Made by a program: the position numbers and the translations under genes | In this document: one piece after another, positions 16,693-27,117 of the stretch | How the letters are laid out: each line of letters begins with the position of its first letter | Position numbering within the stretch: the stretch's first letter is position 1 | Source of the DNA: a virus | Lineage: Duplodnaviria; Caudoviricetes | Reading direction: 5' to 3' (one strand) | Virus record (IMG/VR): IMGVR_UViG_3300020016_000015 | Coordinates: 1-43,541 of that record | DNA length: 43,541 nt | The notes under the pieces: model-generated | Databases searched by the model: none | Told to the model about the DNA's origin: nothing | What the model saw: the letters and a program-made list of their open reading frames with translations, nothing else

Positions 16693-17653
16693 CACCACCA
16701 CCCCGAAGATGGGGCTTACGAAGCCAGAAATCGGTGCCTCCAACGACACGTGGGGGAACAAGCTCAACACCAACTTCGATCTGTTGGACGCGAAGACTGT
16801 TCGCAATTCGATCCAGTGGACGGTTACGCCCGGCGATGATAATCCGGCGAGCATTGCCGGGGCGTGGATTATTCGGCGCTTCTCCAACGGTGGTCCAGAA
16901 ATCGACGCAGCGAACCCACCATTGTCGATCGACCGGCAAACCGGCGAAACTACCCTTCAAGGGTTAAAAACCAAGAACATCAACGCGACCGGTAATATCG
17001 TCGCTACCGGCACCATTTCTGGCGTGGGTGGTAATTTCACCGGTACGCTCAATTTCGTGAACGGTATATTTACCGGCACCCTCGCTTCCGGGAACCTCAC
17101 GGTTACTGGTACTATTTCAGCGACCGGCGCGATTACTGGTGCTTCGTTAAACGTCGGGGCTGGTAACATTACGGCCGGTTCGGCTACCATCAACGGCACC
17201 TTGGCCACCGTTAATGTTACCGCTAACAACATCACATCTGGCGGAGCGCAAATCAACGGTGGATCGAACATAACTGGTAAGCTTAATGTTGGTGGTGGCA
17301 TTCGTAGTGATACTGGTTATGTATATCTGAACGGGGCTGAAAATCGTTACGTCCAATTCGACGGCGCTAATTACAACATGCCGGGAGCGCAATTATACAC
17401 TGCGGCCGGTCGTGTTTGGGGAAGTGGTGATTTCAATTACATTCCGCAACCTGCGGGAGCTTATATCACCAACATTCGGTTAGAGTTCGCTCAAGACTCT
17501 GCCATTACCTACAACGTCGGTGTTCAGGAGCTAGTTGCTGGTGGCGTTATGACGGGCGTTGGGATGGTCACTTCTTCGCCAGTTATTCAGACAGTACGCT
17601 TCCGCAGGGTGCAATATTTTACCAACGCTTGGTTCACGGTGGCCTCTCCATGA
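16685..17653 (+). CDS. Second tail fibre protein
   Basis: N-terminal anchor paralogous to the first fibre (TP..GL.KP..G.S.D.WG.KLN.NFD..D); Gly/Thr-rich beta repeats. Confidence 0.85.
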   Translation: MADTTTPKMGLTKPEIGASNDTWGNKLNTNFDLLDAKTVRNSIQWTVTPGDDNPASIAGAWIIRRFSNGGPEIDAANPPLSIDRQTGETTLQGLKTKNINATGNIVATGTISGVGGNFTGTLNFVNGIFTGTLASGNLTVTGTISATGAITGASLNVGAGNITAGSATINGTLATVNVTANNITSGGAQINGGSNITGKLNVGGGIRSDTGYVYLNGAENRYVQFDGANYNMPGAQLYTAAGRVWGSGDFNYIPQPAGAYITNIRLEFAQDSAITYNVGVQELVAGGVMTGVGMVTSSPVIQTVRFRRVQYFTNAWFTVASP

Positions 17654-18039
17654 AGATACTATATCACGGGAAATGGTCGGTTTATATACCGGCCAATCGA
17701 AATCCAAACGCTCCGCCGAGTACGGTGTATGCAAGGCGTGAAAGCGATGGTATGGATTGGTACGATTTCATCCACAACAACAGTCCCTTTAAGAAGGGAA
17801 GTGTAATAATCACACTGGTTAACACTGATATGGGGTTGGTCATCGGCGCAGCGGTTTACGAGGCAGATCGGTTGTTTCCTGATTATGGTCACATAGTTGA
17901 AATAGAGGAATACACTGGCAAGAAGCCACAAAAGGATTTTGGTAACAAATTTTTTGATTTGGAGGAGTTAACTGTAAGTTCGGATACTGTAAATGAACGA
18001 ATTATAAGGTTGCACAAGGAAGCGGAGAAGGCATGCTGA
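17650..18039 (+). CDS. Putative tail fibre assembly protein
   Basis: DG.DWY...A.RLFP....VEI motif, directly after a fibre gene. Confidence 0.6.
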   Translation: MKILYHGKWSVYIPANRNPNAPPSTVYARRESDGMDWYDFIHNNSPFKKGSVIITLVNTDMGLVIGAAVYEADRLFPDYGHIVEIEEYTGKKPQKDFGNKFFDLEELTVSSDTVNERIIRLHKEAEKAC

Positions 18040-19544
18040 CACTTGACTTCCCGCCGGGGGTAACGACGCTTCTTTCGCGTTCGAAGAAGATTCGTAATTG
18101 GCGAGATGCGAATTTGATCCGTTGGGAGAACGGCACCACGGTGAAACCGGTAGGTGGTTGGGAGCAAGTGCCTTATGCTACGCCGTTCGCGTCACGTGTT
18201 CGTGCGATGCATCGGTGGACGAGTAATCAAGGTATCGTTTACACCGCTTATCTGTGTGAGCAACACTGTTACGTGGACAGCGGCGGTGTTTTGACTGACA
18301 TTACCCCGGCTGGTGGAATGGCGCCTCTTACTGGCGACGCGGCTGGTTACGGAGAACTCAGCTTCAATCTTAGCTCGTACGGGACGACCCGTCCAGGGTT
18401 GTCTACGATGCAGAAGTTCTCCCCCGCGTTCTCCATCAACAATTGGGGTGAGTATCTGCTCGTTATGACCAGTTATGACGGCAGATTGCTGCAGTGGAAG
18501 CCTCCTCCCGCCGTTGCGGGTCCGCTCGTAGCGGTTCCGACTGCTCCTGTCGGCAACAGACAGTTCGTGGTTACTCCAGAACACCACTGCATGCTCTTCC
18601 AGATGGGCGGGGCGTTTGCCAAGTTCGGTTGGTGCGACGAGGAAGACCTCGAGGATTGGAACTTCGCCGATCTGGCCAACAAGGCCGGGTTTCTTACGGT
18701 CGACCCCTATTCACCGATCGTAGCAGTTCAGCTTACGAGTGCGGGCATCGTAGCATTTACGCCTGCCATGTCGCACGTTATCGAATACATCGGGCTCCCG
18801 TACATTTATCGGTCGCGTCCTGTTGGTAAGGTTCCGATCCCGATCAGCGCCGCTTCTGTGTCGTCGGTTCCGGAGGGGGTGATCTGGATTTCGGTTGAAG
18901 GCTTCTGGATGTACAACGGATCATCCGTTGACATTCTGCCCTGTCCGTTTTGGGATGTTATCGTCGCGTCGATGGATTTCAATCGAACTGTCCGCGAAGC
19001 GTCCATTATTAGCTTACAGAACCGAGGCGAAATATGGTGGTTCTGGGTCGACATCGCGCAGGGCACCCGAAATAGCCGTTACGCCGTGTATGACTTCCGC
19101 TCCAAGATTTGGTTGCCCGGTTACCTTTCGCGGACGTGCGGTTTGAGCTACGCGAATGATCGCAACCCGATTATGTCGGATGGTGTCAAGGTGTGGAAGC
19201 ACGAGACGGGGCTTCAATACCCCGAGGCGTTGTTTATGCCGTACTTGGAATCTCAGACGCTGAACTCCGAGGATGGCGCTCGCCAGACGACGCTGAAAAA
19301 GATACTCCCCGACATTCGCGGGGACAGAACAGCCCTCGCCTTCTCGGTGGTGAAGAACAACAAACGCACCAACTACGGCGCCCAGACAACATCGCCTCGT
19401 CGCGGCGTTAATGAGCATGGTTGGGTGGATATCCGCGAGACGGCGCAGGACTTGCGCCTCCGCATCGAAATGATCAATAACAACGATTGGTCCACTGTCG
19501 GGCCTATCATCTTCGACTTCGCAACCCGTGGAGTTCAGAAATGA
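18033..19544 (+). CDS. Tail nozzle / DNA stabilisation protein
   Basis: 503-aa beta-rich protein with W.D.N..RW, WCD.ED..DW and EIWWF motifs; podovirus synteny. Confidence 0.7.
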   Translation: MLTLDFPPGVTTLLSRSKKIRNWRDANLIRWENGTTVKPVGGWEQVPYATPFASRVRAMHRWTSNQGIVYTAYLCEQHCYVDSGGVLTDITPAGGMAPLTGDAAGYGELSFNLSSYGTTRPGLSTMQKFSPAFSINNWGEYLLVMTSYDGRLLQWKPPPAVAGPLVAVPTAPVGNRQFVVTPEHHCMLFQMGGAFAKFGWCDEEDLEDWNFADLANKAGFLTVDPYSPIVAVQLTSAGIVAFTPAMSHVIEYIGLPYIYRSRPVGKVPIPISAASVSSVPEGVIWISVEGFWMYNGSSVDILPCPFWDVIVASMDFNRTVREASIISLQNRGEIWWFWVDIAQGTRNSRYAVYDFRSKIWLPGYLSRTCGLSYANDRNPIMSDGVKVWKHETGLQYPEALFMPYLESQTLNSEDGARQTTLKKILPDIRGDRTALAFSVVKNNKRTNYGAQTTSPRRGVNEHGWVDIRETAQDLRLRIEMINNNDWSTVGPIIFDFATRGVQK

Positions 19545-19747
19545 GAGTCACCGGCTTTCAATTCAAGGACCCCGAAGTCACCCGGTTTTTGACTGAGTTC
19601 CTCCGGGAGCAAGAGCGGACGCAGAAGGAAGTGATGAGTTCCATCACTGCGAACCGGTCCCTGCTCCTCTATTCGCCGTCGCAGAAAGTCTACGAAATCA
19701 AGGTGTCCGACGCGGGCGCCTTGACTGCAACATTGGTCGCTGGATGA
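19541..19747 (+). CDS. Small virion-module protein
   Basis: Coupled ATGA start; LLL.SP....Y.I.V...G.L motif. Confidence 0.65.
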   Translation: MRVTGFQFKDPEVTRFLTEFLREQERTQKEVMSSITANRSLLLYSPSQKVYEIKVSDAGALTATLVAG

Positions 19748-20100
19748 ATATTATCGACCAAGTAATGCTTCGCAAGATGAACCGAGCGTTGAAGCTCGGC
19801 TTGGAGCTGTATACTTTCGGTGATATCGAAGAGGGACTGGAAAGTGGCGATTTGCAAGGCCACGTTAAAGGCGACACGTGGGCGATCACCCAAGTGCAAA
19901 GTTATCCGAACCGTAAGGTGGTCAACATTCTATTCTGTATTGGTTCGATTGAGGGTTCTATTGCGTTGGAGTCTGATATAAGCGAATGGGCAAAGGGTCA
20001 AGGGGCAACTTTGCTTACGGCTATTGGTCGCGAGGGGTGGTGGGAACACCGCACTCCAGGCTGGATAAAATCCGGCGTTCTCTATTCGAAGGAACTGTGA
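19744..20100 (+). CDS. GNAT-like tail assembly protein
   Basis: YP..K......G......WAK..G.......GR.GW pattern and position before the ejection genes. Confidence 0.6.
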   Translation: MNIIDQVMLRKMNRALKLGLELYTFGDIEEGLESGDLQGHVKGDTWAITQVQSYPNRKVVNILFCIGSIEGSIALESDISEWAKGQGATLLTAIGREGWWEHRTPGWIKSGVLYSKEL

Positions 20101-20101
20101 T

Positions 20102-21328
20102 ATGGGTGGAAATTCAACCCCGGCGAAAACCGATCAAGTAAGCAAGGTCGAGTTGCCCGCGTGGGTAAATGAAGCCTCGCAGTCGAATTATGGTCTCGCC
20201 AAAGACATTGCTGGACGGCCGTTACAGCAATTCGAAGGCCAGACCGTCGCGACCCCCTCGACCATGACGACGCAGGGTTACGATGCGATCAGATCGGGGT
20301 TCGGTGCAGAAGCTCCGCTCTATCAACAGGCTTCGGCCTTGCAAGACAAAGGCACGGGGCTATTCGATAAGTCTGCTGCGACGCTCGACAGAACCTCGCC
20401 CCTCTACGACGAGGCGGCGAACGTCTATCGGGGGACCACCGGGAACCTGGACATCCAGCCGTTCCTCAATCCTTACACGCAAGAGGTGGAGCAGAACGCC
20501 ATCCGGAATGCGAATACATCGCTGGACCGGAACTTGTTGGGAGTGTCCGACGCCGCCCGGAAGTCTGGCGCATTCGGTGGCTCGCGTGGCGAAATCGAGT
20601 CCGCCCTTACTCGGACAGAGGGTATCAAGGGCATCGGCGATCTTAGCGCGAAGTTGCGTCAAGCGGGCTTCGACACGGCAACGGCCACCGCTCTCGCTGA
20701 TAGAACATCGAAACAAGCGGGGGCGAGTGGTTTGCTTTCGACGGCGGGCGGATTGGGAAACACCGCCGCCGGGTACGGAGCCGCTGGAACTGGTATGTTG
20801 AACGCCGCCGCCGGAAAGATCAACACCGCGACGGGGCAACAAGGTGCTCGCGCATTGGATATCAGCCAACTTTTGAGCGGAGGGCAGTCTGAGACTGCTT
20901 CCCGACAGGCTCTGATCGACGCCGAGATGAAGAAATTCTACGAGGCGCGGGATTACCCCATTGAGGGGCTCAACACTCGCCTCGCTGCGCTCGGCATGAC
21001 GCCTTACGGCAAGACCGAGACAACCAACAAGGTGGCCACTTCGGAAGACAAGGGTCCGGATTGGGCATCCATTCTGCTCGGCGGCGCGGGCCTTGGTCTC
21101 CAAGGTATGAAACTGATGTCCGATCGGAATTCGAAGACCGACATCGAAAAAATTTCGGACGGGGATATTCCGGTATACGCTTATCGCTACAAGGGTGATC
21201 CCAAGACCTATCCGAAGGTGATAGGTCCGATGGCGCAAGACATCGAGAAGAAGTACCCCTCGGCCGTCAAGAAGGTTGGTAAGCGAAAGGTCGTCGATCT
21301 TAACAATCTGATGGAAGTGCTCAGCTAA
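20102..21328 (+). CDS. Ejection/DNA-transfer protein with C-terminal S74-like chaperone domain
   Basis: F.NPY...V, GAFGGSR, then SDRNSKTDI...YRYKGD...GPMAQDIEK..P.AV. Confidence 0.7.
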   Translation: MGGNSTPAKTDQVSKVELPAWVNEASQSNYGLAKDIAGRPLQQFEGQTVATPSTMTTQGYDAIRSGFGAEAPLYQQASALQDKGTGLFDKSAATLDRTSPLYDEAANVYRGTTGNLDIQPFLNPYTQEVEQNAIRNANTSLDRNLLGVSDAARKSGAFGGSRGEIESALTRTEGIKGIGDLSAKLRQAGFDTATATALADRTSKQAGASGLLSTAGGLGNTAAGYGAAGTGMLNAAAGKINTATGQQGARALDISQLLSGGQSETASRQALIDAEMKKFYEARDYPIEGLNTRLAALGMTPYGKTETTNKVATSEDKGPDWASILLGGAGLGLQGMKLMSDRNSKTDIEKISDGDIPVYAYRYKGDPKTYPKVIGPMAQDIEKKYPSAVKKVGKRKVVDLNNLMEVLS

Positions 21329-22212
21329 TGCCACTTTCACCGAAGGCTCGGGCCGTAATTGACGCTCACACGCCTCCGCAGGATCGGGAGTATTACTACC
21401 GCTTGGCCGCGAAGGAAGGTGCATCTGGTAGGACATCTTCCACCGGGGCGAGGGGTCTTTTTCAATTCACTGGCGGAACCGGTAGGGCTTATGGGTTGGT
21501 CGGTAAGAACGGTGATATCCGCGACGATGACAGAGCTAACACTCTGGCTGCAGTCAAACTTACGGAAGACAATCGCGCCATACTTCGCCGGCATCTTGGC
21601 CGGGACCCGAACTACTCCGAACTTGCTTTGGCGCATCAACAAGGTGCAGACACGGCAGGGAAAATGCTTACGGGTACGGGCAACGCCCCTCCCCGCAATC
21701 TGGCCGTCAACAATGTCGACCCGAACGCATCGCCACAAGCGGCAGCGGAGAAGATCATGAATTACTACGGGTTCAACCAACCTCCGGGGATGACCCTCAA
21801 TTCGGCGTCCCCGATGTTCGACCCCAATCGACCGGGAGCATTCGCAACCGGTCCTGCCGGGGCGGTTCCATATGTAGGGGCCTTCACCCCTCCCGCTGGT
21901 GGAACTTCGCTGACTTCCGCTCCTGCGGACGTTGCGGTTGCCTCTGGGCAAGCCCCGGCTGATTTTAGAACTCGTTTATTAGGGGCAGACAATCAGGGAG
22001 CAAAAGGCACTCCTGCTGCTGATATTATGGACAGTTTGGGAACTTTGACCAAAGGTATAAAGGGACCAGCGCCTGACCCGAGACTAAACGATATTGCTCC
22101 TTCCACTCTTGGAGCGAGTGTCGGCCAGCAACAGGCTTCGACGCAGCCGTTGGCACAAGGCATCCTTACTCAGATGATCCAAGCGATGCAACAAAGGCGT
22201 GGTGTAAGATGA
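21328..22212 (+). CDS. Virion-associated lytic transglycosylase-like protein
   Basis: Catalytic E (AKEG), ARGLFQF, LAHQQG lysozyme-like motifs. Confidence 0.75.
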   Translation: MPLSPKARAVIDAHTPPQDREYYYRLAAKEGASGRTSSTGARGLFQFTGGTGRAYGLVGKNGDIRDDDRANTLAAVKLTEDNRAILRRHLGRDPNYSELALAHQQGADTAGKMLTGTGNAPPRNLAVNNVDPNASPQAAAEKIMNYYGFNQPPGMTLNSASPMFDPNRPGAFATGPAGAVPYVGAFTPPAGGTSLTSAPADVAVASGQAPADFRTRLLGADNQGAKGTPAADIMDSLGTLTKGIKGPAPDPRLNDIAPSTLGASVGQQQASTQPLAQGILTQMIQAMQQRRGVR

Positions 22213-24026
22213 ACATCGCCGACCTAATCCTGGCGCTTCAAAACGGCCAGAACCCGAACGCAGCTGTTATGGCGTCCATGCAAGCGCCCGGTGGCGGGTT
22301 CCCGGCTGTCCAGCCTCCGGGAGACGACGCCGCCCCCGTCCCGACGCCGCCCCCGTCTGCTACCCCGTCCGTGCCGATCCCGCAGCCGCGTCCACCCGGA
22401 GCGCCCCCGGCTCCGCCCCCTGAGCCCCCGACGCCCACCGGGGCAAAGACGCCTATTACCAACCCGATGCCCTCCGAGGGCGCGCCGCGCATTATGCAGT
22501 CGCCGCCCGATCTGTCCAACATGTATCTGAAATTAGTGAACGATAACCAAAACGCTGCGGCATTGGATAGAAATATGTCGCTCATCGCAGCTGGCTTCTC
22601 CAAGTATCCGGAAATCCGGTCGGGCCTTATTTCAGGGGCGATGAATAAGAGCGGCCAGCAGCATCTTTCATCGCAGGACATTTTGAACCTCCAGAAGGTT
22701 CAGCTGGAGAACCAAGCATTGGCAGTTCGTCAGGCAGCGAAAGCTGGCCTCATGAAGAAGTACAACCTTAGCCGCGACAGCCTCGACTACCTGGATGCGT
22801 CCGGCAAGCTCGACGAAGTGGTGAAAGCGCACGAGACGCAGGCTCTGCAGCAAGTCACCCACGCGGAAACCGGCCAGGTTTCACTGCATCACGGTATAAC
22901 CGGCAAGCACATCGCCGATATCGGTGGACCGAAGGATCAGCGCACCGAAGATGAACGTGCATTCGCTGACGTCAATGCGGGACGTGTCGCCGCTGGTCAA
23001 GTTCCTTACACCCGCGAGGAATACATCAAGACGGTGAAACGCGACCAGCCCCAAGAGCCCAACGCGACCGACATTGCTGCTCTCGACCAGATCAACCGCG
23101 AAAACGCAGCGGCCGGTCGTCCGAAGGTTTCGATGGAGGATTACGTCAAGACTATCAAGCGCGATCCGAGGCAAGCCGCCAACGAGCAGGATGTTCTCAA
23201 TCTGGCTGCGATCAACAAAGATCGGCCGGGTGACAAACAAATGGGAATGGAGCATTACCTCACGAAGGTGAAACCCGGAGGCATCAGAGTTACAACCAAC
23301 GTTGGTCCGCAAGGTCAACAATTCCCTGCACCGAAGCAAGGATTTGACTATAAGCGCAACGAAGACGGTACAGTCTATGTCAATCCGGACACCAAGCAGC
23401 CAGAAGTGTACCCCATTGCGGGTGGAACTGGTGCGGACGAAGCTACCAAGATTGGTGCCGAGGCGAGAAAGCTTACGCGCGAGGAAATCGAAGCTGAGGA
23501 GAAAAAGAACAAGGCTCGGTGGCACCAGATTTCGAGCACCAGCAACATTCTCAACGCGTCGGATCGTGCCCTCGAATTGGTTAACAAGCTTGGGGTAACC
23601 GGGGTTGGTTCTAGGATTTCCAGGGCTATTTCACCGGGCGGCTTGCCATCAGACAGTTATGATGCCCAACTGAGTACTATCGATTCCAACACGGCTCTGT
23701 TGGAGTTGCAGCGAATGCGTGATGCTTCAACCACCGGAGCCAGCGGCCTTGGTAGCGTCACGGACTTCGAACAGAAGATGTTGGCGTCCACCATATCCAA
23801 CCTTCGATCGGCGCAGCAATCGAAAGATGCCGAAGCCGGACTGCTCCGTGTCAAGGCCATGTTTAAGACGTTGGTAGAAAATCGGTTCGACGACAAGGTG
23901 GACAAGGACTCACCTGCTAAGTTCGAGGCCGCTCTCCAAAAGAATCTACGAGAAGTGGCCGCAGACCACGCCAACAAGAACAAGTCTGGTACGAGCACCT
24001 TCAAGAATATCAAGCCGCTAGACTAA
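22209..24026 (+). CDS. Ejection (internal virion) protein with internal repeats
   Basis: Pro-rich N-terminus, three repeats of about 37 aa, C-terminal GASGLGSVTDFE..ML. Confidence 0.65.
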   Translation: MNIADLILALQNGQNPNAAVMASMQAPGGGFPAVQPPGDDAAPVPTPPPSATPSVPIPQPRPPGAPPAPPPEPPTPTGAKTPITNPMPSEGAPRIMQSPPDLSNMYLKLVNDNQNAAALDRNMSLIAAGFSKYPEIRSGLISGAMNKSGQQHLSSQDILNLQKVQLENQALAVRQAAKAGLMKKYNLSRDSLDYLDASGKLDEVVKAHETQALQQVTHAETGQVSLHHGITGKHIADIGGPKDQRTEDERAFADVNAGRVAAGQVPYTREEYIKTVKRDQPQEPNATDIAALDQINRENAAAGRPKVSMEDYVKTIKRDPRQAANEQDVLNLAAINKDRPGDKQMGMEHYLTKVKPGGIRVTTNVGPQGQQFPAPKQGFDYKRNEDGTVYVNPDTKQPEVYPIAGGTGADEATKIGAEARKLTREEIEAEEKKNKARWHQISSTSNILNASDRALELVNKLGVTGVGSRISRAISPGGLPSDSYDAQLSTIDSNTALLELQRMRDASTTGASGLGSVTDFEQKMLASTISNLRSAQQSKDAEAGLLRVKAMFKTLVENRFDDKVDKDSPAKFEAALQKNLREVAADHANKNKSGTSTFKNIKPLD

Positions 24027-24036
24027 GGAACGTCTC

Positions 24037-25161
24037 ATGGCTAAGTTCGAAATTACCGCTCCGGACGGGAAGCGTTACGAAGTCGAAGCTGATACTGTTG
24101 ATAAAGCGAATGCCGATCTGAAGGCATTCCGCCAGCAGCAAGTATCCCAACAGCAAGCTTCTGACATCGAAGCATCCCCGGCTTGGACTAGGCTATTTGT
24201 CGCGGCGCACGATTTGGGGCGGGGTGCTATTGATAATCTTACTCTAGGCGGATTTAGTAAGCTCGGTGACAAACTCGCCGGGGACGACTCTGTTTCAATG
24301 AGTACCCAAGCTGCGAAGAACCGTACCGGTTGGGCTGGAACCGCTTTGGACATCGCCACGGCAGCGAAATACATCCCGACAGCCGTGCCGCGCGTCGTCG
24401 GTGCTGTCGGCGGGGGTCCGGGGGTCCGCAGCCTAGTCGGTACGGGCGTCGCCGGGGCCGAGGGCGCGGTCGTGGGGGGTCTGGACGCGGCGGCTCACGG
24501 TCAAGATATCGGACAAGGTGGTTTGGTCGGTGGAATTGGTGGGGCGGTCGGTCAGAAGGCCGGTGAGCTTATCGGCTCTGGGGTGAACAAGGTTGCTAAG
24601 TGGTGGAAAGGCGCCAAGGACGATCTGCCGGTATATAACATCCGCGATTTGTCCAAAAATCCAAACCCTCAGCAAAGGGTGAACGTCGCCACTACCCGAT
24701 CGAATGACCGCATGGACTTGGCTGAGTCGCCATTAGCCAAGCAGAAGATAATCAAGGATGAATTTCAGGACGTCAGAACTATCCCCGGCAAGGAACTGAG
24801 CAAATTCACCCCCGAGCAGAGAACAATGTTGGATAAGGTGGTGAAGGGAGACCCCGGAACCAATTATTCCAGGGCGTTGGGCGATTTCCTAGACAACAAA
24901 CTCGCCGCCATCGGAACCACTGCCGGTGGAACTGCTATTGCAGGTCCTATTACGGGTGGGTTGCTTGCAACGGGTCAATTAGCGGCTGGTAAGTCGCTGA
25001 AAAATATGTCCCTTGAGGGGACTAAGGAAGCGGCAGAAGATTTGCGCCGCTCGTTATATACTAAAATCCCCAAATTCCAAGGTCCTATTTCGGATGAGCA
25101 GAAGGCCCTGATAGGGCGGCTTATTCGTCAAGGCGGGTTGACGATCAACAGCGCGCCCTAA
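24037..25161 (+). CDS. Ejection (internal virion) protein
   Basis: F.IT.PDG..YEV N-terminus and Gly/Ala-rich hydrophobic segments; last gene of the virion operon. Confidence 0.65.
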   Translation: MAKFEITAPDGKRYEVEADTVDKANADLKAFRQQQVSQQQASDIEASPAWTRLFVAAHDLGRGAIDNLTLGGFSKLGDKLAGDDSVSMSTQAAKNRTGWAGTALDIATAAKYIPTAVPRVVGAVGGGPGVRSLVGTGVAGAEGAVVGGLDAAAHGQDIGQGGLVGGIGGAVGQKAGELIGSGVNKVAKWWKGAKDDLPVYNIRDLSKNPNPQQRVNVATTRSNDRMDLAESPLAKQKIIKDEFQDVRTIPGKELSKFTPEQRTMLDKVVKGDPGTNYSRALGDFLDNKLAAIGTTAGGTAIAGPITGGLLATGQLAAGKSLKNMSLEGTKEAAEDLRRSLYTKIPKFQGPISDEQKALIGRLIRQGGLTINSAP

Positions 25162-26576
25162 TCCGGGTCCAGCTGAATATTGGTCTTGTAACCCCGGCCA
25201 AAGAATGAGAACACGGCTTGGGCTAGGCTCTCTTTCGCTTGGAGGGCAGCTGTAATTCGCTTGTCCAGCGGTGTTCCCCATAAGTCAATATACAAGCAAC
25301 TTTCAGCTGTCTGGCCGTGACGGTGAATTCGGTCTTCGATTTGGCTCCTATCATCGAGGGAGTAGCTGTTTTCGGCGAACACCATCGTGCTACACTTGTC
25401 GATGATATCTTCCCCGCCAAGCAAGGTGTGTCCGTATTTTCCAGCGCGAATTTGGACCAGAATAACCCGGCAGCTTGGATCACCATTGAACTTATCCTTC
25501 TGAGCCTGAATTTCGTCGGGCTTCATCATTCCCTTGATGAACGCTGGGTTGAATTCCTCCAGCGTCCTGGATAAAATCCCAAGCGTGTAACGGTGGGCGT
25601 AAGGTATCACCACCTTACCCTCGATTTCATCCTCCACGATCTGCTTAACCAACAAGAACCGAGGGTTCTCATGGGGGTGGACTAATTCCTCCACCGACTC
25701 GTCTTCCTTGATAATGAACCCGGACTGAATTTGGGCCAGTTTTATGTATTTCGTAATGAAAGCGTCCACAGTCACGTTTTCGGTGGCGCTAAGCCACACG
25801 ACAAAATCGTTCTCCATGCTCTGGTAAGTTCGCATCAAGTGAGGGCTGAGAACATACTGCCTCGAAGTATATATCTTCGGGGGCAGGTCGGTCCAGTCTT
25901 TCTTAGAGGCTCGGAAGATGAACCGCTCGATAGTGTCGGCCAGCAGTTCTTCGTTCTGCGATCCGATCACCTTCTTGCCCTTGAAACCACCCATCCGGCA
26001 GAACGTTGTTTTAAACGGCCAGAACTTGCTGGTAACGGCGCCGACTATTCGCATCTGCGCCCACAAGTCGTGAGGTCCCTGCGTTACGGGCTTGCCGGAC
26101 AGGAGCCTCCGATATCTGAACACGGCGGCGATTTTCATCGCGGCCTTGGTCTGCAGACTGTCGTGTGTTTTCACCTGCACCGATTCGTCCAGCACCAACA
26201 TCGCGTTCCGCGCGTGTACGAACTGGGTTATGTACCCTTGGACGGCTTCCTTGCGGATTGCCTCATAATTGATGATCAGAACCGGCGGTCTGTCGTACTT
26301 CTTATTTGCGAATTTGGCGTTTTCGTAGTCCGCACCGGAATTGAAAACATGGGCGTCCACGTCAATGCCGTGCTTCTTGATTTCGTCCAGCCATCCGGTC
26401 TTGAACGAATTAGGGCACACAACCACGAGCCGGGTGGCGCTCTTGGTCTTCACCATTTCAGTGAATTCGGTCAGGACCGTCAGGGTTTTCCCGAGGCCCA
26501 TTTCCATGTAGTAGGCGAACCCAGGCTTACCACTAGCCGCCTTGAGTGCTTTCTGTTGAACTTTCAGTAACTGCAT
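25158..26576 (-). CDS. SNF2-family helicase
   Basis: MEMGLGKT, VVVCP, INYE, LDES, LSGKP and Q.EDRIHRHGQ motifs. Confidence 0.92.
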   Translation of the reverse strand: MQLLKVQQKALKAASGKPGFAYYMEMGLGKTLTVLTEFTEMVKTKSATRLVVVCPNSFKTGWLDEIKKHGIDVDAHVFNSGADYENAKFANKKYDRPPVLIINYEAIRKEAVQGYITQFVHARNAMLVLDESVQVKTHDSLQTKAAMKIAAVFRYRRLLSGKPVTQGPHDLWAQMRIVGAVTSKFWPFKTTFCRMGGFKGKKVIGSQNEELLADTIERFIFRASKKDWTDLPPKIYTSRQYVLSPHLMRTYQSMENDFVVWLSATENVTVDAFITKYIKLAQIQSGFIIKEDESVEELVHPHENPRFLLVKQIVEDEIEGKVVIPYAHRYTLGILSRTLEEFNPAFIKGMMKPDEIQAQKDKFNGDPSCRVILVQIRAGKYGHTLLGGEDIIDKCSTMVFAENSYSLDDRSQIEDRIHRHGQTAESCLYIDLWGTPLDKRITAALQAKESLAQAVFSFFGRGYKTNIQLDPD

Positions 26577-27117
26577 GTTCCCCTCTTCTGAACGATTCGC
26601 TGAGTGTACGCTCCGTCAAGGCCATCCACTCATTAACTCTCTCGAATATCTTGTAGTCCCATTGAATTCGCTTCCTTACGTAGTTCTGGATAATGAGACG
26701 CATTTCATTCTTGTGGGTCGACACATACCGGTTCCCCATCAAGCACTCCACCGACAAGAAGTGGAACATTTCCATCATGTCGGCCAGCTTTACTATTTCT
26801 CTGTATCTGACATCTGCGTGATCATACCACGCCGAGCCCACCGTGTCAATCTCTATTTCAGCTATGGTGATGTAAGGCTTTGCTGTGGAGGGAATATCCC
26901 CGGTGAGCGATTCCCTGTCGTCATGGTGGAGGGCAGCTTGGGATAACATACATATTTCTGCCAAGCCGTCTATACCGAACCACGGGGCGATCCGGGTACA
27001 TATTCGCTCCACGTTGAAGCAATGCTCCGCCACGGATTGAGTTTGAATAGTAGGAACGATAGCCCACCGCTTAATCGTGCTTAGGCGGGCATCCAGTTCG
27101 TTGAATACCGTCGTCAT
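26533..27117 (-). CDS. datZ: HD-domain dATP triphosphohydrolase (DatZ-like)
   Basis: KRW.IV.T...QSVAEH...ALHHD..E..TGDIPS..K...VKLAD; adjacent to purZ. Confidence 0.82.
   Translation of the reverse strand: MTTVFNELDARLSTIKRWAIVPTIQTQSVAEHCFNVERICTRIAPWFGIDGLAEICMLSQAALHHDDRESLTGDIPSTAKPYITIAEIEIDTVGSAWYDHADVRYREIVKLADMMEMFHFLSVECLMGNRYVSTHKNEMRLIIQNYVRKRIQWDYKIFERVNEWMALTERTLSESFRRGEHAVTESSTESTQGG

Noticed and set aside
20360-21436. 358-aa minus-strand ORF (similarly 6881-7849, 8564-9457, 9784-10647)
   Set aside because: Antisense shadows of well-supported virion genes, caused by codon bias.
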